64,000 nucleotides of DNA from a virus (taxonomy: Duplodnaviria > Caudoviricetes). Positions 48,101 through 58,908 of the stretch are shown one piece after another. Numbering within the stretch: position 1 is the stretch's first letter; every line of letters starts with the position of its first letter. The notes beneath the pieces are model-generated. The model saw only the letters and a list, made by a program, of their open reading frames with translations, made no database searches and was not told the origin of the DNA. The translations under genes were made by a program, and so were the position numbers. The stretch is taken from positions 1,484-65,483 of IMG/VR virus record IMGVR_UViG_3300007722_000012, one strand, 5' to 3'.

Positions 48101-48748
48101 TTACTTTTTCGCCGAAATTGCTTTCAGGAAGTCGGTAAACAACGTGAGTTTTTGAGTTTCAGTTAGTTTTGGTTTGAGTAGCTTTTTAGTCTGTTCTACA
48201 GCTTGACCCGAGTCTGTAATGAGCCATTCTTGTGATTCATTGATAGCGTCTACAAAGCAATTGATGCCGGACGGATCTACTACTGCATCCACAGCAAAAA
48301 GAGCAAAGTCATCTTTTACATAGGTAGTTCCATTAGATTCATAAACCGAGCCGAGCGCGCGAGTAGAAACACCCATTTTGACGCCGCCGGATAACAAACC
48401 TTCAAGAATCTGGCCCTGAGGTGTTTTTAGAACACGTGCACGGCCCATCGCCTTGGAACCAACCATCTTCAACTCTGTCACCAAATGACTCGCGAATTCT
48501 GGTTTCGGCATCGGCCGATTTTCTGGATGTGATAATTCTGAGATTGCTCGGCCCTTTGATACGTAATCTTCACAATATTTCTTAATGGCGGATTCCATAA
48601 CCGCCTGTGGATAGATACGATTATTTCTGTTTTTTAATTCAGCTTCTGCGAATATCCCAGTTAGATATGTGTGTTTAATCCCATCGGCACCTGCTTCATT
48701 CAGATATTCAATATTTGCTGGTTCCGACCACTCTTTTAACAGTATCAT
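48101..48748 (-). CDS. 21: Prohead protease gp21
   Basis: NRN.RIYP, EL.HP, GVSTR.LGS, D.V.DPS. Confidence 0.95.
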   Translation of the reverse strand: MILLKEWSEPANIEYLNEAGADGIKHTYLTGIFAEAELKNRNNRIYPQAVMESAIKKYCEDYVSKGRAISELSHPENRPMPKPEFASHLVTELKMVGSKAMGRARVLKTPQGQILEGLLSGGVKMGVSTRALGSVYESNGTTYVKDDFALFAVDAVVDPSGINCFVDAINESQEWLITDSGQAVEQTKKLLKPKLTETQKLTLFTDFLKAISAKK

Positions 48749-49687
48749 TTAAACTTCCTTTATCAGTGAAACACAGAATTTTCGTTGAACTTGTTCCGAA
48801 CAAGTTTTTAGGTAATTTACAAAATAGTCAAGTGTTGATCTATTATCTGTGATATATTTATACATTGGCTTCTTTATTTTACAATTATCTGGATTCAAAA
48901 GATATTCAATAATTAGTTTTCTATTTGAGCCACCAAGCTGTGTATTCCTTACAGCAAGGGTCAATGTTCTTGCTTGATCTAGTGTTTCACATATTCCAGA
49001 TATACCAGATAAATTGTTGTCTAAAACATATTGTCTAAATTCGCCCGTACTTCTAAATTCTAATGGATACAGGGATACACCTCTTAATGGGTGTAATATT
49101 AACAAACTATTAACTAATTTAGACGTTGGGTCTTTCCATCTAGAGGATTGTTTTACACTCTTATTTGCTGCTATTTCTGGTCTATTTTGTACTATTTTCT
49201 GAATATCAGATCTTAATTTCTTAGATTCTGGCGTATTACTAACTTCTTTCATTTTTATGCAATGTTGCTCTTTCCATTCTTTACTACGCCTTACACCAAA
49301 CATCTGATTTTTCTCGCCGGGCATTGGAATACCAAAGCACCCTGCACTATTTGCATATGAATAATTAAAGAATTCATTAGAACTAACCACATTTAATTCA
49401 ACTTGAATATCATTTTCAATTTCCAACAAAGCGCCTTTTTCGATATCTATACAATTAAATAACACCCTTTTACTAAACCTGTCCGGGTGTTGTTTTACTT
49501 CATTCTTCCAAAAATCTTTCCATCTTTTACTGCTAACTGTACCATAATATTTAGTTAGATCTTTAATAGTACTACCGATATACTTCCACGGCAGGCCTTT
49601 ATCATTACCGACCCAAGGCAAATATATTATCTCATAAACTATTAAGTTTTTCGGATGACTTTTATCATAAATAATTTCGTTGCTCAT
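48749..49687 (-). mobile_element. GIY-YIG-like homing endonuclease
   Basis: IVY...KYIGS...YYG, GEKN.MFG; conserved late leader. Confidence 0.75.
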
Positions 49688-49760
49688 ATAATCTCCTAAG
49701 GTTGAGTAAAGTCACTTGGAACTAGTAATTCCGTGGGTGACACTTCTATTTATACTATAT

Positions 49761-50174
49761 TTATGCTGTAGTAGATGTTATATCGTCATAACTACCAAAA
49801 GTTTCTGGGTTAAGTTTAGATTTGTACCCAGATACTTTACGCAGGGTCAGATAAACTTCACCTGTACCTGTAGTGGTTACAACTATATCTTTGTCGTTTT
49901 TAATATTATCGGCATAGCCACCATTTCCACCCATATCTAATTCGCCTGCATTCTGTTGCAGATTCAGGATACTTACTCCATCACGAACGACCGTAATTTT
50001 ATCACTCGCACCTGGAGAAATATTCCATTGGGCGAACGTGATGTTAACGGTTGGAGTACCTTGTACTATCATCGTTGACGACAATAAGTCAGTAGCTAGA
50101 TTAATAGTCCCACCTGCACCGTAAACCTTGACAACAGCCAAAGTTTCGGTTTGTTTTAATACTGCGATTGGCAT
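49761..50174 (-). CDS. Hypothetical head-module protein
   Basis: 137-aa beta-rich ORF upstream of gp21. Confidence 0.7.
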   Translation of the reverse strand: MPIAVLKQTETLAVVKVYGAGGTINLATDLLSSTMIVQGTPTVNITFAQWNISPGASDKITVVRDGVSILNLQQNAGELDMGGNGGYADNIKNDKDIVVTTTGTGEVYLTLRKVSGYKSKLNPETFGSYDDITSTTA

Positions 50175-50176
50175 TT

Positions 50177-52195
50177 TTATCCCTTAACTTCTAATTTACC
50201 AGATTCGGCGTTTGGCGCTGGTTTTGATTTTGCTTTGAGCTTAGCTAATAGTTTAGCCACTCGAGTCGCCGAGCTCTTTTGCATGAGTTGGCCAATGCCT
50301 TCAGTAACAGTCTCAGATTCGTTCTTGTGCGCATCATTCTTGACACGATCCAGATCACGTGTACCATGAACCTCAACCGAATCATTTTCATCAGCCCATT
50401 TAGCTAAGTGATCGTGGTTCTTGAAGGATTTTCTCCACGGAGTAGCTTTCATACCACGGATGCCCTGAGCTTCAATAGTATGATTTGATGGGATACTATG
50501 CATTTCGACGAGCGCGCCTTTATCGCGCCGGGCGAAAAAAGCGCTAAGACCCTTTAGCCGTTTTTTCAATATTGCCCTTGCTGCTTGGTCTTCAGACTCA
50601 GCTACGTGTACCGCGTGTTTCGCGATGTGTTTCTTGTGAACGGCAATCAGAGTTTTGTTTCCCGCTGCTGCGCCGTGGAACATATTTGGGTTAGCGGCCA
50701 GTGCAGTCTCAGCTTGCTTGATAATTTTGGTTGATGTAGCGACATTCACGAATGTGTGAGGACCGCCTTCGTCAATCTCTTCGGATTCTTTGACCGACCT
50801 AGCCTTCTTAGCTGCAATCGCAGCGTGTTCAGCAGCTATCCTTGCTTTCGCAGCAGCCAATAACTTGTCGCCTCTTCTTCTCGCATGAATCAACGAATTT
50901 TTCCGTAACACCTTATCGGGGGCATGATCGGACGCGCCCATTATTTCGTCAAGTTCTTCGGATTCATTCTTATCCCACCGGCCTGATCTCACGTGCTTCC
51001 TAAGAGCTTCTGCTTCATCCTCAGCTTTCTTTTCTCGGGCATTCTCACGAGCTTGTGCTTGCTTATTACGAATAGCATCACCTTTTGCCATGTGGTTGTC
51101 AAATTTATTATCACGTTGTGTAGCGTCTAGTGCTTCTTTAACGAGCCGTTTGACGGCAGACCCAATACCCATGATTCGTTTGCCCGTAGTTTCCATGGAT
51201 TTAGCCATAGACATATGGTCCGCGCCGACTGCTCTCTTTATTACTTCTTGATTGCTGTACTTATCTTTCATGTGCCGATTGGTAAAGCGATCGACCTCGT
51301 CAGCTTCCGCTCTTTTTGTTGCGGTCGCACCATGGGATAGAGCAGCAGAGTTTGCAGCCTTGTTAACATACGAACCCAGAGTAGATTTAGATAGTTCATC
51401 AAGTTCTTCGGATTCTTTTACTGCCCACTGATCTTTAATTTTTGTTGCGGCTCGAGCAACAATTTGTTTTCTCAGAATTCTTCGCGCAACTGGGCCATCA
51501 GCAGTATTAGTGGTTACGCCTGTTTTTGGGTCGTATGTTCGTTTAATAGATTCAAGACCCTTGGTTTCATCAAGCTCTTCTGATTCATTCTTTTTGGCTT
51601 GGGATGGCAAAGGTTTGCCCAAATATTGAGCCTTAGCATCCGCCAGTGTTCCAGCGTCATCGCAATCGGCGGCTTTTTTGAGAGCTCGCATCTTATCTAC
51701 ATACTTTTGATCGCCCGCTTTATCTAATTTACCAGGGTGTGGTTGGTATTGCGATTCTTCCATTTCTTCGGACTCGTTCTTTGTTTTACGAGCGCCGCGG
51801 GCGGCATTACGAGCACGAACTCCAACATTGTGAGCATCGATTGCAGTCCGATGTTCTTTTTCAAGTTCATCCGCTAAATCGGTTAGATGATAATGCGGCT
51901 TTTTGCCAACATCCTTAGACTTGTTAATAAAGCCTTCTACGTCGATACGATCTTTTTTGATATCGGCCAGCGAACGAGCTTCAAGAAGCATTGTACAAGA
52001 TTCAATTTTACGGATGTTTTCAGTTTCAGCGATTGAACCACGAATCAGCCTGTGCTGACCCATGCGCGCGGTACGAATCATTTCTTTGAGCTTAGCGTCA
52101 GAAAACTCTGTATAACCAGAGGCAGCATCGACGCCGGCTACTCGTTGAGTTTCCAAAAACGCACCGATTTCATTAAGTGATTGACGGTAGTCCAT
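50177..52195 (-). CDS. Putative internal head polyprotein with repeated (N/K)ESEELDE sites
   Basis: At least 6 copies of the acidic motif separate basic segments; gp68 position. Confidence 0.7.
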   Translation of the reverse strand: MDYRQSLNEIGAFLETQRVAGVDAASGYTEFSDAKLKEMIRTARMGQHRLIRGSIAETENIRKIESCTMLLEARSLADIKKDRIDVEGFINKSKDVGKKPHYHLTDLADELEKEHRTAIDAHNVGVRARNAARGARKTKNESEEMEESQYQPHPGKLDKAGDQKYVDKMRALKKAADCDDAGTLADAKAQYLGKPLPSQAKKNESEELDETKGLESIKRTYDPKTGVTTNTADGPVARRILRKQIVARAATKIKDQWAVKESEELDELSKSTLGSYVNKAANSAALSHGATATKRAEADEVDRFTNRHMKDKYSNQEVIKRAVGADHMSMAKSMETTGKRIMGIGSAVKRLVKEALDATQRDNKFDNHMAKGDAIRNKQAQARENAREKKAEDEAEALRKHVRSGRWDKNESEELDEIMGASDHAPDKVLRKNSLIHARRRGDKLLAAAKARIAAEHAAIAAKKARSVKESEEIDEGGPHTFVNVATSTKIIKQAETALAANPNMFHGAAAGNKTLIAVHKKHIAKHAVHVAESEDQAARAILKKRLKGLSAFFARRDKGALVEMHSIPSNHTIEAQGIRGMKATPWRKSFKNHDHLAKWADENDSVEVHGTRDLDRVKNDAHKNESETVTEGIGQLMQKSSATRVAKLLAKLKAKSKPAPNAESGKLEVKG

Positions 52196-52310
52196 ATTAT
52201 TCCTTTGTTCTTTTGGGGAGAGCTGCAGTTAGTATTGTTATTATAGTAGTATTGTTATTCTGTTGCAAAACTCTCGCCAAAAGAGTATTTCTCTTTTGTT
52301 ATTTATATAG

Positions 52311-52688
52311 TTATTTTACTAACTTGTTAACGGCCTTACTAACACCCATACGACGTTTGTCAGCCATTTTTTCTTGTTCCGCGCCAGCACCCGTACCGTC
52401 GCCATATTTTTTAGCTTTAGCAGTCTCAGAGCCTTCAGTGTAACCAGCATCAAAGCCTTTACTCTGAACATCATGTGTTGCCTTCTTTACATATGAACCT
52501 AATGTAGACTTGGACAATTCGTCAAGTTCTTCGGACTCGTCCACAGTATCGAACATACTCTGCGAAATTTCCATTCTACGAACTTCGATAGCGTCCTCTA
52601 TTTTGGACTGCATAATATTTTCGAAAGTCGCTTCCATGTCGCGCGTTTTTCCGGACTGGATAAGATTGATAAGGTTAAGTGTACTCAT
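52311..52688 (-). CDS. Prohead core protein (gp67-like) with ELDELS module
   Basis: Directly after the portal; LI..I..G......F...M..KI..A. Confidence 0.65.
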   Translation of the reverse strand: MSTLNLINLIQSGKTRDMEATFENIMQSKIEDAIEVRRMEISQSMFDTVDESEELDELSKSTLGSYVKKATHDVQSKGFDAGYTEGSETAKAKKYGDGTGAGAEQEKMADKRRMGVSKAVNKLVK

Positions 52689-55621
52689 TTTGATTTTCCT
52701 TTAGATTGTTTTAATTTTTGAGCATGTAGCTCGGCGTTCTGGTCCATTTTTTGCGCATGGAGGTCCTGATTCTGTTGCGGTTCTGCCTGGCCATCATCTG
52801 GAGCCTGATCTGGTTCTGGTTCGGGTGTCATTTCCTGCTGAATCTTCATCATAGTAATTTGATTAGATATCTCCGTAGGAATTGCGACTTCGCCTTCCTT
52901 CTTGATTTCTTTATCCATTACAACGATCTCGTCATCAGCAAGCATTAGAACATTTTTCATTATCCACGCTTTAGAATAGTACTTACCAAGATACGGATCG
53001 ATCGTCTGCAGCACAGTTATGCGGTTAGACAACAGCTCAGTTTCCTTGAGTTCTGTGAAGTGGTTGTCGCGAATAAAGTCGTAACGAATCTTTGTCCTAA
53101 TTGTTTCCCATTCGTCAGCACGAATAAGACTCTTAGCGATTAATTGAATACGAAGTAAATCGTGAAATAAACTTGAAAAACGAAGTCTTAAACGAGCAAC
53201 GAACTTACCAAACTTCAACTCTTCCCGTGTAACTTCTGATGAACGACCAAGACTAAACCCCGTCTCAGGTTTCATACGACCTATTGGCACGTTCAATGAT
53301 TGATATAGTTTGTTTTGGAAATATGCAACGAAATCGGCCGTGATCAATGATGAAGCACCTTGGAGCGTAGTTATTTCGGTCCCTTTGGAGTTCATCACGA
53401 ACACACCAGATGTCAATGCAAAGTTATGGTAATCGTGGTGTAGATTATTTCCATCCACAGTCAATGTACCAACATCCATCTTTTCCGAACGATATATAAC
53501 CGAAACTACTTTATGGTTAGTAGCGGCCGGATTGGCCACCTTCATGGTCCGTGTCGTTGACATTCCATCGAAGTTACGAACCATGAACTCGGATATATTG
53601 GTGTATCCATTGCGACGGATCAGCGAGTCGAACTTATTTTTGAGATCCGGATATACAGTGGCAGCTGCAATACGAATTTCGCCGTCCGTTATTTTAGGAT
53701 ATACAATTTTGGATAGATGAACCTTGATTGCATTCAGGTCGTATGAAGCATATTTGGCATTCGCATTCCTATATGTACCGCTCCACTTTTCCTTATATTC
53801 CGCCGAAGTCAGTGATAACTTATCGGCATCGCGCAATTCAGCTATCTTGGCATTTCCTTGTTGAGATATGTCTGATGTGAAGCCAGGAGACCATTTCAGC
53901 AGATAATCCGCGTGTGACAATGACAATTTATCAGCCTCACGCATTTCCTTAATGGTTTCTCTACCTTTAGTGAATGCTCCAATGATACGTTCATCTACAA
54001 GGTTATTCGCCGCTATTTCAAGTTTTCTGGCTTGACCAGCTTCTGTCTCAAAAAACGCCTTACCTGATGCTGATAGACGTGCACGGTGTTGAGTTTGATC
54101 ACCCGACCAGTTCATTCTACCAACACTCGAATGCAGAGCGAAGTGATCCAACTTGGTCATTATCCTCAGATTTGATGGGTCATTGTTATACCGATCGAAG
54201 TCGACATGATGCACAACTTCACCGTTGATAACTGGGCGATCCATGTATGACGACACCATCCGATGCGCGAATGTCCATTCATTCGTATCATTCTGCTGCA
54301 CCGCGGTGTATGTGTTACCATAGTCCTTATGTTGCAGCTGCGTCTTTTTGGTATTGAACGGCATCAATGACGAGCCTGGAATCAGGTGCTCTGCGCGGAT
54401 CTTGGTACCATCACGAAGGATGAACTTGTGGTCTGGTGTAGCCGTAATGACTTCACCGTTATCAAGCGTGATATCGAGTACTGTAGCGTTCTTGTGGGTA
54501 ATGCCAGCCCATGTTATCAATCCAGGGACGACAGTGCCTTCTGGTGATACGGAATAAGTCCAGTTTTCTTTGCCAGATTCAAACTCTGCAATTAGAGTTT
54601 CGAGTGTAGCTTCACGGCCATCCAATAAAGTTATTGAAGTATCCCTCACGGCAAGACAGCCATCTCTTCTGGGCATCCAGAAGTCTTCGATCATGCTGAC
54701 GTGCTTTTTAGCATCGGCTATCTCACCAGTCGATGCATTATAAACAAGTTTGTTCTTAAACTTGTTCATCACATCAGTAACATACTGTTCAGCTTTTATC
54801 TTAGGTAAATTACCAACGTCGATATAAAATACACGACGATCAGGTGCTCGTGTAATCGTGTAAATCACGATAGCATCTTCAAGCATCTTCAATTGATTAG
54901 CCGGTTTGATAGCCTTATTCAAAAAGCCAACAACCAAGCCTGAACTATCTACTACACCTGAGTGAGCCATAACAACTGAATCTGATGTTAGCTTGATACC
55001 AGATAACGCGGTCTCTGAAATGCCTTTATCATTGTAGATGTAATATTCATCAATTGAATCAACGACCTCAACACCCTTGCCATTATTTTTCTTTTTGATA
55101 TTACGAACCTTCTTGATCTTCATTGGATCAACCATTCGTAACTCAGCGATACCCTGTCTCACATCAGAATTTTTGAATAAGATATGAAAGTATATTTTTC
55201 CATCAACATACCATTTACGGAAGATATCATGACCTTCAAGATTAAACTCGAGCTTATCAAGAATCTCAATGAATGCTGCTTGAAATTTGTCTTTTAGAGG
55301 ATCGGAGATTTTGAGATTGTCAAGCTCGAGTTTGACGGGATAATCATCTTGGTCAGATACGATACACTCATTAACGATATCGATAATTGCAGAATCAACT
55401 TCAGGATATATTGAGGTTTCTCTATAACGTCTAATCTGTTCATTCTCAGTCTTAGCTACATTATCGATGTCATATGCATAGCCCTGCCACCCACCCGATA
55501 CAACAGATGTATCGATAACAAGCGATCCGTCATTTTTATTTGGTGGGACAACCGACGGTATTTGCTCACCGCCAGTTTTATCTTTAACCCTAAATCCAAA
55601 AATATCTTGCCAACTTGCCAT
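52685..55621 (-). CDS. 20: Portal protein gp20 containing a 423-aa intein
   Basis: WYVDG, RAPDRRVFYIDVGNLPK, EDFWMPRRDG|...|SKGTEITTL. Confidence 0.95.
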   Translation of the reverse strand: MASWQDIFGFRVKDKTGGEQIPSVVPPNKNDGSLVIDTSVVSGGWQGYAYDIDNVAKTENEQIRRYRETSIYPEVDSAIIDIVNECIVSDQDDYPVKLELDNLKISDPLKDKFQAAFIEILDKLEFNLEGHDIFRKWYVDGKIYFHILFKNSDVRQGIAELRMVDPMKIKKVRNIKKKNNGKGVEVVDSIDEYYIYNDKGISETALSGIKLTSDSVVMAHSGVVDSSGLVVGFLNKAIKPANQLKMLEDAIVIYTITRAPDRRVFYIDVGNLPKIKAEQYVTDVMNKFKNKLVYNASTGEIADAKKHVSMIEDFWMPRRDGCLAVRDTSITLLDGREATLETLIAEFESGKENWTYSVSPEGTVVPGLITWAGITHKNATVLDITLDNGEVITATPDHKFILRDGTKIRAEHLIPGSSLMPFNTKKTQLQHKDYGNTYTAVQQNDTNEWTFAHRMVSSYMDRPVINGEVVHHVDFDRYNNDPSNLRIMTKLDHFALHSSVGRMNWSGDQTQHRARLSASGKAFFETEAGQARKLEIAANNLVDERIIGAFTKGRETIKEMREADKLSLSHADYLLKWSPGFTSDISQQGNAKIAELRDADKLSLTSAEYKEKWSGTYRNANAKYASYDLNAIKVHLSKIVYPKITDGEIRIAAATVYPDLKNKFDSLIRRNGYTNISEFMVRNFDGMSTTRTMKVANPAATNHKVVSVIYRSEKMDVGTLTVDGNNLHHDYHNFALTSGVFVMNSKGTEITTLQGASSLITADFVAYFQNKLYQSLNVPIGRMKPETGFSLGRSSEVTREELKFGKFVARLRLRFSSLFHDLLRIQLIAKSLIRADEWETIRTKIRYDFIRDNHFTELKETELLSNRITVLQTIDPYLGKYYSKAWIMKNVLMLADDEIVVMDKEIKKEGEVAIPTEISNQITMMKIQQEMTPEPEPDQAPDDGQAEPQQNQDLHAQKMDQNAELHAQKLKQSKGKSK
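53390..54658 (-). mobile_element. Intein with HNH endonuclease
   Basis: C1 (CLAVRDT), block B TPDHKF, HHVDFDRYNNDPSNL, end HNFAL.SGVFVMN|S. Confidence 0.9.
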
Positions 55622-55669
55622 TATATATTACCTATTCAATGTTCTTAAATTCTAGCACTAAAGCTAGAA

Positions 55670-56197
55670 TCATTTCCCTAGATTAAGCCAGTAATTGTAA
55701 GCAAACGTCACATTGAATTCTTGAATTTGGTTATTTGCTTCCCATGCCAATTGGATCTCTGATACATTGATTGGATATGCGTCATGAAATCTATATCGTT
55801 GCATTGTTTGATCAGAACGATCCAATTGATGAACTTCTAATTGTGCTTGATAAATCGATGGTTGCATTATACCATTTGTTGAATCGGCCTTCGAAATAGC
55901 ATTTACCCAATTTTCAAATGCCGAACGAACAGTAAATTCGTTGTCATTATAGATTGAGATAGTCCAAGGCTGGAACGTACGCTCGCCCGCGAAGTGAACT
56001 TCACGCCCACGATACATCACGGGAATGTCGGCGATATCGGCCGACGGTATTGTTCCGCCCTTCGCCATAAATTGAATTTTTGTCGCCGCGACTTGACCGC
56101 CATTAGCAATACCTGGTATTGCGCAAAAAATTCTGAATTGATTTGAACGAGCACCACCGGTGTTCATTTGTGCTTTAAATTGGGAGATGTCTGCTAT
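55670..56197 (-). CDS. 19: Tail tube protein gp19 (apparent ATA start)
   Basis: GGARSNQF, GR....AGERTF..W, YP..VS.I.L; SD AGAGGA precedes ATA-GCA-GAC-ATC. Confidence 0.92.
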   Translation of the reverse strand: MADISQFKAQMNTGGARSNQFRIFCAIPGIANGGQVAATKIQFMAKGGTIPSADIADIPVMYRGREVHFAGERTFQPWTISIYNDNEFTVRSAFENWVNAISKADSTNGIMQPSIYQAQLEVHQLDRSDQTMQRYRFHDAYPINVSEIQLAWEANNQIQEFNVTFAYNYWLNLGK

Positions 56198-56228
56198 TTT
56201 GGGTTCCTCTTTCTTGTGAAACTGTTAA

Positions 56229-56801
56229 CTATTTATGGTGAAATACGTAATGGCTTTTTAATCTAACGACAGATATAACGCATTTACATATAATACACAT
56301 ACATTTATATTTTGACTCATTGCTGTGTGGCCCTTTTTTGACCCCTAGTAGGGATAATCCATATAATCTTGATGCTTCCATCCTACCCGGTCGTTCTTTT
56401 TCTGTCCATGGAAGCGAGTTAGCCTTAGATATTTTCTCTAAAGAACCAGGTTTCCATTTTCGTTTTGCGCCTCTTTGATTTGATGCCCCTAATTTAGCCG
56501 CTTTTATACAAATACTGATATTATCGGTTTTATTTAAGAACTTATCAGATTTTACTGCACCAATACGCCTCAATATTTTATGTTCATATTCTCTACACGC
56601 GTTTATATCTTCGCCAAATGTTTTTCGTATATCTATTATATCAGGTGTATCATGGTCTTTTATAAATTTAAGAACATGTTTACTTGATGTAAAATATGAT
56701 ACAAGTAATTCTTTTGGTTCACATCCATTCGCATATCTAATACCAATATAGTATTTATTTAATTTTTTCCAACCTATTACATATAGGTAACAATTTCTCA
56801 T
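56229..56801 (-). mobile_element. GIY-YIG-like homing endonuclease
   Basis: YLY.IGW...YYIG.RYA...YFTSS, FLNK. Confidence 0.78.
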
Positions 56802-56893
56802 TTTTGTTCTCCAACAAAAAAACCCCACTGAAGTTTTGGAAGAACTGGAGTGAGTTCTTATCGGGCGGCCTCCCTATCCAACACTTAATTTAG

Positions 56894-58840
56894 TTAGACA
56901 GCGCCAGCAATCTCTTCAAACGATACACCAGTTCGCGTTGCGATAAAGTTAAGTTCAATGAAGTTAATGCTTCGTGCGGGTTGAATAAAAATCGATGCAA
57001 CAAACCTATTAGTATCAATTACCTGTGGCGTGTTGTTACTTGTGTCGCATACTACTTTGAACTCAAACAAACCACGGCGCCCTTTGACATCGCGTAGGAA
57101 TGGTTCGACCATCGCAACAAATTGCGAACGAGTCTGTATATCATTGATTTCAAATAACTGGAATTTTGCTGCAGTAGCAATAGCCTTTTCAAGCACGATA
57201 AACAAACGACGGACATTAATACGATCGAACGCCGATGGCTTTGTTAGACCAGTCTTATCGCCATATAGCACAACACCCTGACCTGGGAATGATACAACTG
57301 GATTAATACCATTTTTGTATAGATTATCACGGTCGGTTTTTGTTGGGCTAAAAGCTAATTTAACTACGTTCTTAATAGAACCACGAGTCAGACCTGCGGG
57401 TGAGAACCATGGATCATTTGTTTCGTCTGTACGAGCGCACAACCCGGCGATATCACCATTAAGTGGAACCCAACGATATTTATCTGCATAACGATCATAC
57501 TGATACTTGTAACCAGAATCCACAACGAAGTATGAACTTGATGGAAGTTCATCACGGAAGGCAATGAGTTTTGTAGCAATATCGGATGTATTACCAACTA
57601 AGACGGAACCAGAACTTACATCTTCTGGGCTAACGAATGCCAAGCAATCTTTCCGCACTTCCGCGACATTTTGAATTACCCAATTTGCAATGGTTGCATT
57701 TGCTTTACCAGTAATTATTAAGGATAGATCAATTGCTTCGTCGTTTGTAAATAAAGCAAAGCCAGCAATTCGTTGTCCTGTGGTTGCTATAAAGTAATCA
57801 ACACCACCAGCCAGAGCACGAGTTATTGCCGTAGAACCGATTGAAGCAAATACAAACGCATCTGCATCTGTGCCCCAGTTAGTACCTGCAGTAGGATGAT
57901 CCATATTCCAAACAAAGTTACTCTGTTCTTTTAAAACAGTACGATAATAAGCAGAAGATCCATCTTCTTTTTTACCATCAGAGGCCTTAGATACATATTC
58001 AAATTTCTCCAGGACCGTGCCCGCTGCTCCTGACCATTTAGCATCTTTGTCAACAACGACAATATGTAGTTCATCACCTACACCACCACGTGAAGATGTA
58101 TAGGAAGAAGTGCCTGGAGCGCTTGAAAATTGATCTTTATACGCCCAGGTTGCAAACGAAGCTGTATCAGCCATAGAAACAAGAAGTGAATTACCGATAG
58201 AACCTGGATACTTAGCAGCAAACTCACCTACATAAGCTTCGCCATTTTCAAACGAAGCTGAATATTGATCCGAACCATTAATTTTAATACCACCGGTAAC
58301 TAGAACTGCATCACCAAAAGTTGCCGCAACAATTGTCTGACCAGTAACTGCTACATCGGTTATGGTTATTACTGGATTTATTGTATAGCCAGAGCCAAGG
58401 TTTGTAATTACAAGTTCAGTGATAGAACCGCCGACAATTACTACATCAGCCGTAGCTTGAATACCCGACGTATCTGGACTAGCAATAACAACTGTAGCCG
58501 AAGCATAGTTAGTACCACCCGTAGAAACAGGAATTGATAAAATGGTAGAAACTAGAATTGTAACTGCATTACGCTGACTAGTAGTATCAGAGCGAACCAC
58601 AAGCAGATTATTTGAATATGCAAGAAAGTTTGCTGCGGCGAACCAGTTTGATGCATTTAGATCATTTGGTTTACCGAATCGAGTAACAAGAGAATTTTCC
58701 GAGTTAATCATCATAACTTCTAGGACGGGGCCCCAGCCAGCTTCGATGACGGCTGCACCAATTGAAGTTGCTACTGCGGGAACTACGTTTGTTAGATCGG
58801 TTTCTTTAACCAATACTGAGGGAGATAATTGAATCGCCAT
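56894..58840 (-). CDS. 18: Tail sheath protein gp18
   Basis: SP.V...E.DLT, PWFSPAG..RG, FDRINVRRLF. Confidence 0.97.
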   Translation of the reverse strand: MAIQLSPSVLVKETDLTNVVPAVATSIGAAVIEAGWGPVLEVMMINSENSLVTRFGKPNDLNASNWFAAANFLAYSNNLLVVRSDTTSQRNAVTILVSTILSIPVSTGGTNYASATVVIASPDTSGIQATADVVIVGGSITELVITNLGSGYTINPVITITDVAVTGQTIVAATFGDAVLVTGGIKINGSDQYSASFENGEAYVGEFAAKYPGSIGNSLLVSMADTASFATWAYKDQFSSAPGTSSYTSSRGGVGDELHIVVVDKDAKWSGAAGTVLEKFEYVSKASDGKKEDGSSAYYRTVLKEQSNFVWNMDHPTAGTNWGTDADAFVFASIGSTAITRALAGGVDYFIATTGQRIAGFALFTNDEAIDLSLIITGKANATIANWVIQNVAEVRKDCLAFVSPEDVSSGSVLVGNTSDIATKLIAFRDELPSSSYFVVDSGYKYQYDRYADKYRWVPLNGDIAGLCARTDETNDPWFSPAGLTRGSIKNVVKLAFSPTKTDRDNLYKNGINPVVSFPGQGVVLYGDKTGLTKPSAFDRINVRRLFIVLEKAIATAAKFQLFEINDIQTRSQFVAMVEPFLRDVKGRRGLFEFKVVCDTSNNTPQVIDTNRFVASIFIQPARSINFIELNFIATRTGVSFEEIAGAV

Positions 58841-58908
58841 GCTATTTTTCCTTTGTTAACTGGGTAAATTGGATATTTACCTTTTATTTATCAAAACTAA
58901 ATTTCGGG

